A DNA stretch of 64,000 nt from an uncultured delta proteobacterium (lineage in GTDB: Bacteria; Desulfobacterota; Binatia; UBA9968): the NCBI GenBank assembly GCA_963804165.1, contig CAWDPO010000034.1, forward strand, positions 99,689 through 163,688, written 5' to 3'. Of this stretch, positions 30,612 to 40,653 are shown piece after piece. A program made the position numbers and the translations under genes. Under the pieces are notes generated by a model, which did no database searches, was not told where the DNA came from, and was given only the letters and a program-made list of their open reading frames with translations. The stretch's first letter is position 1. Each line of letters begins with the position of its first letter.

Positions 30612-31436
30612 ATGGCGCGCCCCCTACGATTGGAATTTGCCGGTGCGATTTATCACGCGACGAGTCGCGGCAACGCGCGCCAGAAAGTGTTTTTTACGTA
30701 CGCCGACCGCGAATTGTTTCTGAACATGCTGTCCGGGGTTATTACTCGCTACCACTGGATTTGCCACGCCTACTGTCTGATGGCCAATCATTATCATTTG
30801 CTGATCGAGACGCCCAAGACGAATCTTTCGATCGGCATGCGCCAACTCAACGGCATTTACACTCAAAGTTTTAACCGCCGGCACAACCGCGTTGGCCATC
30901 TGTTTCAGGGCCGGTTCAAGGCGATCCTGGTAGAAAGGAAAACCCATCTGTTGGAGCTTTGCCGCTACATCGTGCTCAATCCCGCGCGGGTCAAAGGCGG
31001 CGCTAGGGCTTCGACTTGGAAATGGAGCAGTTACCGGCCCACGGCCGGACTGGCTTCTGTGCCGGAGTTTTTGAGCACCGACTGGATTCTGCAGCAATTT
31101 GGCAAGGGCCGGTTACGAGCGCAGCTGCAGTACCGGGAATTTGTCAGGGATGGGATGGCGAGTCGGCCGTGGGACGATCTCAAGGGTCAGATCTACTTGG
31201 GAAGTGAAACATTCATCGAGAAACACGCTTCTCGTAAAAAGAATATTGAGAAGATTCCGCGAGCGCGATTAAGAGCTGCGAAGCCGTCGCTGGAGCAAAT
31301 CTTTGGGAGCAGGGGAGAGAAGGCGATTGCCGTGGCCTATGAACAGGGCTATCGGCTGAGTGAGATCGCGGAACATCTGGGCGTCCACTATTCAACCGTG
31401 AGCCGCCGACTCAAGCGGATCGAGCAAGCGAATTAG
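30612..31436 (+). CDS. REP-associated tyrosine transposase (RAYT/TnpA-REP, Y1 HUH) with C-terminal HTH
   Basis: MARPLR, YHATSRGN, AYCLMANHYHLL, HLFQGRFKA, RYIVLNP. Confidence 0.92.
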   Translation: MARPLRLEFAGAIYHATSRGNARQKVFFTYADRELFLNMLSGVITRYHWICHAYCLMANHYHLLIETPKTNLSIGMRQLNGIYTQSFNRRHNRVGHLFQGRFKAILVERKTHLLELCRYIVLNPARVKGGARASTWKWSSYRPTAGLASVPEFLSTDWILQQFGKGRLRAQLQYREFVRDGMASRPWDDLKGQIYLGSETFIEKHASRKKNIEKIPRARLRAAKPSLEQIFGSRGEKAIAVAYEQGYRLSEIAEHLGVHYSTVSRRLKRIEQAN

Positions 31437-31479
31437 GCATTGCCGCCCTCGTCGTCAGCGCGGGTCACTTCGATTAACC

Positions 31480-31596
31480 CTCGAACGTTTTGAACGGAAC
31501 GCAGTGATTGAACGGCTTCAACGGTTTGAACGAGCTTTGTTGGGTGAACGTATTGAACGGAGCGAAGCGGTTGAACGTTTTGAACGACTTGAACGG
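31480..31596 (-). repeat. TTGAAC (reverse GTTCAA) tandem tract downstream of RAYT
   Basis: Multiple ttgaacg units. Confidence 0.8.
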
Positions 31597-31721
31597 GTTG
31601 CAGCGTCGTACAGGAGGCTGCTGACATTGCAACCGGTATGGTTCTGGGCTACGCCGGAAGAAGACGGAAAAGGCACGCAGCATTTCTGGCATTCGTCGCC
31701 GATTTGAAAGGGAGGTTCGTG

Positions 31722-32579
31722 ATGGAACGGTTGAAGACGCTCATCGAAGGTAGCGATCTCATCGTCGCTCCGGTCGCGCTCAACGCGATCATGGCGCGGC
31801 TCGCCGAGGAAGCCGGTTTTAAAGCGCTCTATCTGAGCGGGGGATCGCTAGGGTGGCAGAAATGCGTAACGGAAGCCAATCTGACGCTTCCGGAAATGGC
31901 ACAGGTGGCGGTGGAGATGCGAACCGTCTGCAAATTGCCGATCGTTCTCGATGCGGGCGGCGGTTGGGGCGATCCGGCGCACATGCACCGAACGATCGCC
32001 CTGTCCGAAGCCGCGGGATTCGACGCGATCGAGATCGAAGATCAGCTACTTCCCCGAAGATTCCACCATCACGTTGGCGTTGAACACCTGGTTCCACCGG
32101 AATTCATGGTCTCTAAGATCAGGGAAGCGGTCGCCGCCCGAAGCGATCCGGATTTTTTGATTATCGGGCGGACCAACGCCAGACGGCTCCATGATATGGA
32201 CGAGACCTTGCGGCGCGGCGAGGCCTATCGTAAGGCCGGCGCCGATATGCTCTTCGTGCATACGCGCAACCCGGATGAGATGCGCGTCATCGGCGAGCGT
32301 CTTCCACCCCCGCTCATGATCTTTGCGCCCGAGGACGGATTCGCTGAATTTCCGCTATCACCGGCCGATCTGGCAGGGCTTGGGTTCCGCCTGGCGGCAT
32401 CCTCTGGGTCTGCTTTTGCCGCGATGTACAAGGCCGCGCGCCAATCCTACCAGTCGCTCGCGCAAGGAACGATCGATCCGCTGCTCGGCCGGGGCGGAGC
32501 CGCGAGCGAAATGAAGGCCGCGCAAAAGACCGCGCGACTCGAGCGCTTTCTGGAGATCGAGAAAAGGACGGTTGGATAA
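31722..32579 (+). CDS. isocitrate lyase/PEP mutase family protein
   Basis: GFKALYLSG, LPIVLDAGGGWG, IEIEDQ, IIGRTNA. Confidence 0.9.
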   Translation: MERLKTLIEGSDLIVAPVALNAIMARLAEEAGFKALYLSGGSLGWQKCVTEANLTLPEMAQVAVEMRTVCKLPIVLDAGGGWGDPAHMHRTIALSEAAGFDAIEIEDQLLPRRFHHHVGVEHLVPPEFMVSKIREAVAARSDPDFLIIGRTNARRLHDMDETLRRGEAYRKAGADMLFVHTRNPDEMRVIGERLPPPLMIFAPEDGFAEFPLSPADLAGLGFRLAASSGSAFAAMYKAARQSYQSLAQGTIDPLLGRGGAASEMKAAQKTARLERFLEIEKRTVG

Positions 32580-32589
32580 CGGCGGAACG

Positions 32590-32700
32590 CGTTCAAAACG
32601 TTCAAGCCGTTCAAAGGCTAGCGCGGGTTCAAAGTTCAAGGTTCAAAAGTTCAAGGACAGATTCGGAGGGGGACTTTCATGTTTCTGAATTCTCGTCGAA
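32590..32700 (+). repeat. GTTCAA repeats + internally deleted palindrome
   Basis: ggacagattcggagggggactttcatgtttctgaattctcgtcgaa. Confidence 0.8.
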
Positions 32701-32855
32701 GGGCATACTAGTGACCTTGCTCGCTTAGGCAAATCAAAAAGCAAATTAGTGAATCGCCAGTGCGGATATAACAATTGACAACCAGCTTGAGGCCGAGGCA
32801 AACTCCGGGTGCGGATGACAGCCGTTGGGTCGCGCGCTTGGCAGAGGGGGAAGCA

Positions 32856-34214
32856 ATGACCGATCACGCTGATGCATTCATCGCCACCATGGACCTACGA
32901 GTGCGCGACATTCTTGACCGCTGCACGCGCTGCGCGAAATGCGTCGAGGTTTGCCCCACCGCGGCGCCGGCGGGAATCGATACCAGCGAGCCCGCCGCGA
33001 TCGTCGGCGATGTGCTGGATATCCTGCGCGGCGGGGGTGATCCGTCAAGCCGCGGCGCGCGTTGGGCAAACGCGTGCACCGGCTCCGGCCGGTGTATTTC
33101 CGCCTGCGACGACGGTATTAACCCGCGTTTCATGTTGGCGGCGACCCGCCTCAGGCTCAACGAGCGGCGGCAAGCGAGCGAACGGCGCGCCACCGGTCGA
33201 GCCGGCTTCAAGAAAATGTCTAACGCCGTCAAGGTGCTCTCGCGTCTTCAGCTTCCTGCCGAACTGCTTGCCGGTTACACGCGAGCGGCCGCAGCCGATT
33301 CAGAGCCGGCACCGGACATCGTCATGTATCTCGGTTGCAACGTTCTCAAGACGCCCCACATCGCGCTGTTGTGCCTCGAAGTCTTGGCTCGTCTCGGCAC
33401 ACGCTACAAAGTTTTTGCCGGGCCCGCCTATTGTTGCGGCGTGATTCAGTACCGCGCCGGCGACACCAGGACATCCGGGCAAATGGGCGGCAATACGGTG
33501 GCCGGATTCGCCGGCACGGGCGCTCCACGCGTGCTCACGTGGTGTCCGACCTGCAACATCCAGCTGAGCGAGATTGTCATGCCGAGCACCGACGCAAACT
33601 TCGGTCTTGAGCACGTCGTGCCGTACATCGCCGCGCGCATCGAACTGCTCCGCCCCCACTTTGTTCATTCGATCCACAAGCGGGTGGCGTTGCATGAACA
33701 TCCGGGCGTGGCCGGCGTGACCGAAGGCGCCATCAAAATTCTCACGGCGATCCCGGGGTTGGAGCTGGTCGATCTTGAACAACCGCGGGTCGGCTACATG
33801 TGCAACTCGCTGGCGCCCGTGCCGACGTACAAACGCGAACTGCACGCCCGCGAGCTCGACGCGGCGGCGGCCGCCGGAGTGGACTATCTCGTCGGAATCT
33901 ACCATGCCTGCCATCGCGAACTATGCGCCCACGAAACTACTTCACCGTTCAAGATCGTCAATTTTCTGGAGCTGGTCGGCGAGGCCATGGGTGTGGAGAA
34001 AACGGATCTCTTCAAGCAGTGGAAAATGATGCAAGACGTCGACCGCGTTTTGGCAGAAGTCGCTAAACAAGCGACTGCGACGGGGCTGGACTTGGAAAGC
34101 GTGCGCGAAGTACTGGTGGCCCATATGCTGGGCGAACAGCCCCTGCCGGTGGGTTTTCGCGGCACGCCGGCGATTGAATCCGAAGATGCGCCGGTGCGGG
34201 TTATCTCGGAGTAA
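32856..34214 (+). CDS. (Fe-S)-binding protein, GlpC/HdrD-like with CCG domains
   Basis: CxxCxxCxxxCP, CTGSGRCISAC, CCG, CPTC. Confidence 0.85.
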   Translation: MTDHADAFIATMDLRVRDILDRCTRCAKCVEVCPTAAPAGIDTSEPAAIVGDVLDILRGGGDPSSRGARWANACTGSGRCISACDDGINPRFMLAATRLRLNERRQASERRATGRAGFKKMSNAVKVLSRLQLPAELLAGYTRAAAADSEPAPDIVMYLGCNVLKTPHIALLCLEVLARLGTRYKVFAGPAYCCGVIQYRAGDTRTSGQMGGNTVAGFAGTGAPRVLTWCPTCNIQLSEIVMPSTDANFGLEHVVPYIAARIELLRPHFVHSIHKRVALHEHPGVAGVTEGAIKILTAIPGLELVDLEQPRVGYMCNSLAPVPTYKRELHARELDAAAAAGVDYLVGIYHACHRELCAHETTSPFKIVNFLELVGEAMGVEKTDLFKQWKMMQDVDRVLAEVAKQATATGLDLESVREVLVAHMLGEQPLPVGFRGTPAIESEDAPVRVISE

Positions 34215-34236
34215 GCTTTACCGAGTGGGTTTTATC

Positions 34237-34722
34237 TCATTGTTGCTCATATGCTTGCTTTAGACCTTTGATGTCAATTTTCTTCATTTGAAGCATTGCC
34301 TTCATCACTCGTTCCGCCTTCTTTGGATCAGGGTCATTTAGCATTTCGCTTAAAATAGTCGGCACGATTTGCCACGATAAACCGTATTTGTCTTTGAGCC
34401 AGCCGCATTGCACTTCCCGGCCCCCGTCCGAAAGCTTTTTCCAGAATTCATCGACCTCTTCCTGCGTCTGGCAATTCACCACCAACGATATCGCCTCAGT
34501 GAACTTGAATTGCGGCCCGCCGTTTAACGCGACGAATTCTTGCCCGTCGAGCTGGAAGGCCACGGTCATGACGGTTCCCTTGGATTTTCCGGTGACCTGT
34601 GCGCCGGCATCTCCATAACGAGCAACGTTCACGATCTTCGAATTCTTGAAAATGGCAGTATAAAAAGCCGCTGCCTCTTCGGCTTTGTCGTCGAACCACA
34701 AAAATGGCGTAATTTTTTGCAT
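34237..34722 (-). CDS. VOC family protein (PhnB-like / 3-dmu-9 3-methyltransferase family)
   Basis: [37 protein letters not shown]. Confidence 0.92.
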   Translation of the reverse strand: MQKITPFLWFDDKAEEAAAFYTAIFKNSKIVNVARYGDAGAQVTGKSKGTVMTVAFQLDGQEFVALNGGPQFKFTEAISLVVNCQTQEEVDEFWKKLSDGGREVQCGWLKDKYGLSWQIVPTILSEMLNDPDPKKAERVMKAMLQMKKIDIKGLKQAYEQQ

Positions 34723-34809
34723 AGTTTTATTCCTTTCTGCGTCCATTCAAGTGTAACTCTTATAAAGACACGAGCAACGCCGTTTGGTTTTTCGGCGCGC
34801 TACAAAACT

Positions 34810-35063
34810 CGTTCAAGCCGTTCAAGCCGTTCAAAACGTTCAATGGTTCGACCGTTCGAGAAGCCTCACGGCAGGCTTCCTCGACGGGCTCGGAACTGAA
34901 GGCCGTCGAGGAATCGCCATGACCGGCCCGATCCTCCGCTCATTCCTTCGATAAAACTCAGGACGGGCTCTGAGCAGCACCGTCGAAGAATTCGCAAATG
35001 CTAACGCGGTTCAACGTTCAAGGTTCAAATGTTCAAGGATGGATTCGGAGGGGAGATTTCCAC
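34810..35063 (+). repeat. GTTCAA repeats with an uninterrupted (empty) IS110 target REP-like element
   Basis: ...ggacgggctctgag|cagcaccgtcgaag; followed by GTTCAA units and a truncated palindrome (ttccac). Confidence 0.88.
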
Positions 35064-35111
35064 ACTCCGTCTTTCCTGATGCCGATTCATGTGATGCTTG
35101 CAGTCTATTTC

Positions 35112-36272
35112 TTAGAAAAGTGGATGAGTCGGTTTGAGTCCAAGCCTTACCCGTCCGGCCTGCTCCAGCCACATATGCTGGAAGACGATGTGTTGCATGA
35201 CGGCGTGGATGTCGCGGTGAGCTCGCTCGATGGGACAGTCGATATACAAGGCGGATGCGCCGGCCGCTTCGTACATGGACGTCACCGCGGTCTTTGCGGA
35301 CTGCGCCGTGTGTACGATGCTGCCCCACATGCGGGCGCGTTGGATATCCGTCACCGGCGTCCCGCGACTGCAAGCGGCCCAGAGGTCCCCGAGCGCGTCA
35401 CAGAGGAGCAGACGTGCAGCCTCCAAGGCCGCTGCTGAGGACGCCACCATCGCTTGAACCGCCGGCCGATCCCGCAGCCCCGGCCCCGGATCCACGGGCA
35501 CTTTTGCCGAGCCTAGATCCAGCAAGGTCTCGGTTGCTGCCCGGGCAATTCCTAAACAGATCGCCGCGCACCACGCGCCCATCGTCGGCGCAAATGGCAT
35601 CCGATACAGAGGCCGATCGATGTGATCGGGGTCCTCGAGCGCGAAGGTCCGCTCGGCAGGAACGAAGAGGTCGTCCACCACGACATCATGGCTTCCAGTG
35701 CCGCGCAATCCACCCACGTGCCACGTGTCGACAATCTTGTACGACCCTGTTGGCACATATGCCATTCTCATTTCAGGGATACCCGGCGCCAGCATTCTTG
35801 GCTTGCCTCCATCCGTGGCGATGACACAGAGCAGCGCAATCCAGTCCACCAGTTCACAACCGGATACCAGCGACCATCTGCCCGACACGCGATAGCCGCC
35901 TGCTTGCATCACCGCTCGGCCCGACGGACGTGTCGAGCTGGCGAAGAGCCGACGAGTATCGGCGAACAGCTCCGTCCGAACAGCATTCGAGAGATGGCGG
36001 CTCAGGAGACCAGGCAGCGCATTGTTCCAGGCAATCCAGGCCACGGACGCTTCGGCCGAAGCGAGCTCCTCGTAGACATCGAGGCCGACTAACGGCTCGG
36101 CCTCGCGCCCACCGAGGCTCGCCGGCACGGTCAAGCGACACAGGCCGGATTCGACGAGTCTATGGACTACGGTTCTTGGCAAACATCGGGCGTCTTCAGT
36201 CTCGTGGCGGACGCCTTTAATGGTTGCCCGAAGAGACCGCGCAGCGCTCAAAGGATCAGTCATGGTCGCCAT
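35112..36272 (-). CDS. acyl-CoA dehydrogenase-like flavin-dependent hydroxylase
   Basis: GRWSLVSGC, WHVGGLRGTGSHD, IERAHRDIH. Confidence 0.88.
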   Translation of the reverse strand: MATMTDPLSAARSLRATIKGVRHETEDARCLPRTVVHRLVESGLCRLTVPASLGGREAEPLVGLDVYEELASAEASVAWIAWNNALPGLLSRHLSNAVRTELFADTRRLFASSTRPSGRAVMQAGGYRVSGRWSLVSGCELVDWIALLCVIATDGGKPRMLAPGIPEMRMAYVPTGSYKIVDTWHVGGLRGTGSHDVVVDDLFVPAERTFALEDPDHIDRPLYRMPFAPTMGAWCAAICLGIARAATETLLDLGSAKVPVDPGPGLRDRPAVQAMVASSAAALEAARLLLCDALGDLWAACSRGTPVTDIQRARMWGSIVHTAQSAKTAVTSMYEAAGASALYIDCPIERAHRDIHAVMQHIVFQHMWLEQAGRVRLGLKPTHPLF

Positions 36273-36368
36273 GGTTTACCTCCATGCCGGGTTCATTTTT
36301 GCCTCACGCAGAATCGTCAATGTTTGAATCGGCAATGACCATTCGGAAAAAAAACTGGTAAGTAGGAC

Positions 36369-36412
36369 GGTTCAAGATTCAATGTTCAAAGTTCAAGGTC
36401 CGCGCAAGGGGA
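36369..36412 (+). repeat. GTTCAA repeat element
   Basis: ggttcaagattcaatgttcaaagttcaagg. Confidence 0.75.
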
Positions 36413-36469
36413 ACTCTTTCAAATCTTCAGCCTGCATAACGAGCAACGGTCCCGATCTTGGAATTCTAG

Positions 36470-36613
36470 AAAATGAAGCCGCTGCCTCTTCGGTCTTGTC
36501 GTCGAACCACAAAAACGAAGTAATTTTTTGCATATAGTTTTATTTCTTTCTGCTTCCGTTTAAGTTTAAGTGTAACGCTTATAAAGACACGAGCAACGCC
36601 GTTTGGTTTTCGG
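36470..36613 (-). pseudogene. duplicated 5' fragment and upstream region of the VOC gene at 34237..34722
   Basis: Matches ~34652-34797 (gccgctgcctcttcgg..tgtcgtcgaaccacaaaa...ataaagacacgagcaacgccgtttgg). Confidence 0.8.
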
Positions 36614-36857
36614 CTGCAAAGTTTTTTGCAAGGAAATGTGTCGAGGCGACTAAGACGGGCTCCCGGTGTTCTGTTGCGGCCTACGGCTGAGGCTTGTGAC
36701 GTGAACGAACGGAGTGCGTCCAACCCGTGGCCGCTCTCGTCATACGATTTCTGACTCTCGAACCGGGATAACGTCTTAGTAGACGGTAACCCCAAAATTT
36801 GTTTCCGCTGGAGAAGCAAGTCGGCACCAAGCGCATCCGTATAGGAGTCAATAAACC

Positions 36858-37412
36858 ATGGAGCAGACAGACTTAAACAGGCCGCGCAGCAGCGCGCTCG
36901 CGCTGTTTCTCACCTTTTCTCGGATCACTCTATCCGGCTTCGGCGGTTTGACGTTCTGGACGCGACACGTGCTGGTCGAGCGCGAGCGCTGGCTCACCCA
37001 GCGGGAATTTTTGGATCTGTTGGTGCTCGCACAGCTCCTGCCCGGACCGAACGCGCTCAATCTAACGGTGATGGTCGGCTATCGTTTCGGTCGCTGGAGG
37101 GGCGCCGCGGCGGCCGTCGCCGGATTCTTGGCTTGCCCGTGCCTGGTCGTCATTGGCTTGGGCGTACTCTACCAACACTACGGCGCGCTGCCGCAGTTTC
37201 AACGAGCGCTTGCCGGCATGTCGATCGTGGCCGCAGGGCTGCTGCTCGCCGTCGTTATCAAGTTGGCGACGGTCTTGCCGCGGCGCTTGCTGCCGTGGTT
37301 GTTCGGCGCGCTGGCCTTTGTCGGCGTTAGCGTTCTGCACTGGCCGTTGCCGTGGGTCGTGGCCGCGCTCGCGCCTTGGGCGGTTGCCACCACGTGGAAA
37401 GAGAAAGCCTAA
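36858..37412 (+). CDS. chromate transporter, short-chain subunit
   Basis: GFGG, AQLLPGPN. Confidence 0.9.
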   Translation: MEQTDLNRPRSSALALFLTFSRITLSGFGGLTFWTRHVLVERERWLTQREFLDLLVLAQLLPGPNALNLTVMVGYRFGRWRGAAAAVAGFLACPCLVVIGLGVLYQHYGALPQFQRALAGMSIVAAGLLLAVVIKLATVLPRRLLPWLFGALAFVGVSVLHWPLPWVVAALAPWAVATTWKEKA

Positions 37413-37939
37413 TGGACCGTGTCGACCTCGGTGGGTGGTTTCTGCATTTGTTAGTCCTCTGGTTCGTGGCGATCGGCGGTCCGGCGACGATCTTGCCGGA
37501 CGTCCACCATTATGTGGTGGAGGTGCACCGTTTGGTGACGAACAAAGAGTTTGCCGAGCTGTACACGTTGGCGCAGGTGGCCCCTGGCCCCAACGCTATG
37601 TACGTCACCCTGATCGGCTGGCACGTGGCAGGGTTGCCGGGTGTAGCCGCGACGACGCTCCCACTGCTGGTTCCGGCTAGCACCCTCACCTTGCTGGTCG
37701 GGCACCTTAACGAGCGCTATCCCAACGCCCCGCTCGGCCGCGCCATCCGCCGCGGTCTCGCGCCGATCACGATCGGGCTGATGTTCGCAAGCGCGACGAT
37801 ACTGATGCGCGCGGTGAACCACGACTGGCGCGGCTACTTGATGACGCTCCTCACCGTCGCCGTGGTGCTGCGCACGTCATGGAACCCGCTGTGGCTGCTC
37901 GCCGCCGGCGCGCTCGCAGGCATATTCGGGCTCGTCTGA
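37412..37939 (+). CDS. chromate transporter, short-chain subunit
   Basis: AIGG, AQVAPGPN; overlapping stop/start taatg. Confidence 0.9.
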   Translation: MDRVDLGGWFLHLLVLWFVAIGGPATILPDVHHYVVEVHRLVTNKEFAELYTLAQVAPGPNAMYVTLIGWHVAGLPGVAATTLPLLVPASTLTLLVGHLNERYPNAPLGRAIRRGLAPITIGLMFASATILMRAVNHDWRGYLMTLLTVAVVLRTSWNPLWLLAAGALAGIFGLV

Positions 37940-37958
37940 GCAGACTAGCTGGATCGCT

Positions 37959-38027
37959 ACGTTCAAAATGTTTGAGGAAACAAAACCCCAGGGAGTTCCA
38001 TGTTTCGAGAATCCTCGAAACATGAAA
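37959..38027 (+). repeat. GTTCAA unit + palindrome
   Basis: ttccatgtttcgagaatcctcgaaacatgaaa at 37996-38027. Confidence 0.8.
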
Positions 38028-38261
38028 TGAACACGGATAGCAAGCCCGGTCGCTGAGCGAATGAAAAGGCAAAGTCCGAAACCGGGCGCGTGGTGGTGGT
38101 TCGTGGTCGGTACGTTGGCCGTCAGCCTTTCGACAAAAGTCGTTGAACAAACACGCCTGACCTATAATCCTGTAAAACCAAATGACGATTGTCGATTTGG
38201 ACCGTCGCCGAACGACTACCTAGTGGAAGCTCTGAATAGACTTAACCCGAAGGAGAAAAGG

Positions 38262-38567
38262 ATGATGGCCACTACCGACAAACCGACCACGACCGCGGAT
38301 CGCGAGCTGGTGTTGAACCGCATCATCGATGCGCCGCGCGAGAAGGTGTTTAAGGCATGGACGGATCCCGCGCTGATCAACAGTGGTTCGCGCCTTTGCC
38401 CTGGACGACCCCCGTCGCGGAAACCGATGTTCGGCGGCAAGACCAACTACACTGCCCGTGTGCGCCACTGGAGCGTCGCCGATCGCGAAGCGCGTGAAAA
38501 GATGGGATTCCATCAGGGTTGGGGCCAGTGCGCCGATCAACTCGCGGCGCTGGTCGCGAAACTCTGA
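38262..38567 (+). pseudogene. SRPBCC/AHSA1 family protein, internally deleted and frameshifted
   Basis: RELVLNRIIDAPREKVFKAWTDP ... MGFHQGWGQCADQL with the middle missing. Confidence 0.75.
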
Positions 38568-38639
38568 AGCGGGCGTCCTGGTCGCTTGCGGCGGTATCGG
38601 GAAACATTGTCATTCAAACCATGAAGAAGGAGAAAGGTC

Positions 38640-39131
38640 ATGCAAAAAATTAACCCGTGTTTATGGTTCGACCACAACGCCGAGGAGGCGGTGAACCGCT
38701 ATATCGGCATCTTCAAGAACTCGAAGATTCTCGGCGTCGCCCGTTACGGCAAAGCTGGACATGAGATCCACGGCAGACCGGCGGGATCGGTCATGACCGT
38801 GGCATTTGAACTTGACGGCGAGCGGTTTACCGCGCTCAACGGCGGCCCGTATTTCAAATTCAACGAGGCGGTCTCGTTCCAAGTCAATTGTGAAACCCAG
38901 GAGGAAGTGGACTATTACTGGGAGCAGCTATCGCAGGGCGGCGATGAAAAGGCGCAGCAGTGCGGCTGGGTCAAGGACAAGTTCGGGCTATCCTGGCAGA
39001 TCGTCCCGACCGCGTTGCAAGAGATGCTGCAAGATCCGGATGGCGAGAAGACGAACCGGGTCATGGACGTTTTGCTGAGAATGAAAAAGCTCGACATCGC
39101 CGAATTACGGCGCGCCTACGAAAAGGGTTGA
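38640..39131 (+). CDS. VOC family protein (PhnB-like)
   Basis: [28 protein letters not shown]. Confidence 0.92.
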   Translation: MQKINPCLWFDHNAEEAVNRYIGIFKNSKILGVARYGKAGHEIHGRPAGSVMTVAFELDGERFTALNGGPYFKFNEAVSFQVNCETQEEVDYYWEQLSQGGDEKAQQCGWVKDKFGLSWQIVPTALQEMLQDPDGEKTNRVMDVLLRMKKLDIAELRRAYEKG

Positions 39132-39134
39132 GAC

Positions 39135-39600
39135 GTTTGAATCGCTGCGCTCACATAATTCTCAAGCTCGTTCAAATCGTTCAAGTCGTTAATACCCGTT
39201 CAAACGTTCAAGGTTCAATCGTTCAAGGACTGATTCGGAGAGGAAGTTAGCGGGATGAGCGAAAACTAAGCGCCGACTCCGGCTTGACACATTGACACGT
39301 TTTCCCCACGACGCCCACGATCCGGTATTGCATCGAGTAGGGCTCGTCTTATGATAGATCGTGCTAGTCGCAATTGACCGCTGACGCTTCATTTCGACGT
39401 TTCGAGATTCCCTAAACGTGGAAGTTTTCCTCGCCGTGTTTTGAAATCCGGTTAACGATTTGAACGGAGCGAAGCGATTGAACGGCCTGAACGTTTTGAA
39501 CGAGCTTCGGTCGTATTGAACCTTGAACTTTGAACCGTCCCTGCCGGTTAACAACTCGAACGAAGCCAAGCGGTGGAACGTTTGGAACTATTGGAACCGC
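39135..39600. repeat. two head-to-head GTTCAA elements (polarity switch point)
   Basis: + element ~39168-39245; - element 39391-39600 with palindrome ttcgacgtttcgagattccctaaacgtggaa. Confidence 0.8.
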
Positions 39601-39656
39601 TCTTCGGCGCTTTCCATCTTGCGAAGAGTCCAGGGTTGGGTCGGTCCTGAAACAGT

Positions 39657-40073
39657 CTAAGGGATGACGATGAGCCCGAGGGCGCGAAAATCGGCGTCGA
39701 AAGCGAGAGTCGGGATATCATTGAGGAGCGTGGTTACAACTACGAATGAGACCGCGTCACAGAAAGAAAGTTTGTGGTCCTGCCCGTAGCGGCGGAAAAT
39801 TTGCTCTGCTTCGGCACGGACGCGGTCGCCGTAATTTATGATATGGAGATCAGGCTTGATTTCAGAGAGGAACGTCAGTGCTTCGCGGTAGCTTCGCCGA
39901 TAACGGAGCAACGTCAGGGTTTCACTGATAATATCCCAGGTGACATAAAGAGTGGAATCTGCCTCAACGGCCTCTGTCGAGAGATCTTCGGCCTGTTGGT
40001 GATTAACATCTCGCGGATCGAAACAGGCATAGAAAAAAGATGTGTCGCAGAACAGGCGAGGCGGAAGCGCCAT
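39657..40073 (-). CDS. PIN domain (VapC-like) toxin
   Basis: FCDTSFFYA, LSFCDAVSF, AFDADF. Confidence 0.9.
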   Translation of the reverse strand: MALPPRLFCDTSFFYACFDPRDVNHQQAEDLSTEAVEADSTLYVTWDIISETLTLLRYRRSYREALTFLSEIKPDLHIINYGDRVRAEAEQIFRRYGQDHKLSFCDAVSFVVVTTLLNDIPTLAFDADFRALGLIVIP

Positions 40074-40339
40074 TAACGGCCCTTTGCGGCGGAACCGTCG
40101 AGGTATTCATTAACATGCGCGGACAAGTTCGTTTTTCTCCCGCGGTGCTTTGGCAGGCGACGCATCAATGCAACGAGCTTTTTGGCGGCGGCTCCCGGCT
40201 CGGGCTCGGGCAACGCGGCGCGCAGCTCGGCTACGACCTCGTCGCGCACCGTGATCTCGATCTTCGCGCCGGCATCCTTCCTAACCTGACGCACCAACTC
40301 CGGGAGCCGTTTGCGCGCTTCACTGATCGACAATTTCAT
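40073..40339 (-). CDS. Phd/YefM-like antitoxin
   Basis: MKLSISEARKRLPELV; coupled to the PIN gene. Confidence 0.8.
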   Translation of the reverse strand: MKLSISEARKRLPELVRQVRKDAGAKIEITVRDEVVAELRAALPEPEPGAAAKKLVALMRRLPKHRGRKTNLSAHVNEYLDGSAAKGR

Positions 40340-40536
40340 GAAGCGAAGTGTACAAGGGCGTACAACATCAGTCAACAGAAGTTGCATTTCAGGCAGTCGC
40401 CGGCTGGCGGTAGTAGCCGTGACACGCGTGGTCGTGTTTTGTGATCGTTGTCACTCAAGACTTACTCGGCGACGAAAACATTTCCGAGAGAAGAATTGTT
40501 CCAGCTTGGGAGATCAAATATTACGGGCTGTCGCTC

Positions 40537-40653
40537 ATTTCGACGTTTCGAGAATTCCCGAAAGGTGGAAGTTCCCCTCCGACTCTGTCCTTGGACCTTT
40601 GAACCTTGAACCAGCGCAAGTATTTGAACGAACCGAATCCTTCGACGACGCTG
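40537..40653 (-). repeat. palindrome + GTTCAA repeats + right part of the IS110 target
   Basis: ttcgacgtttcgagaattcccgaaaggtggaa at 40539-40570. Confidence 0.85.
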
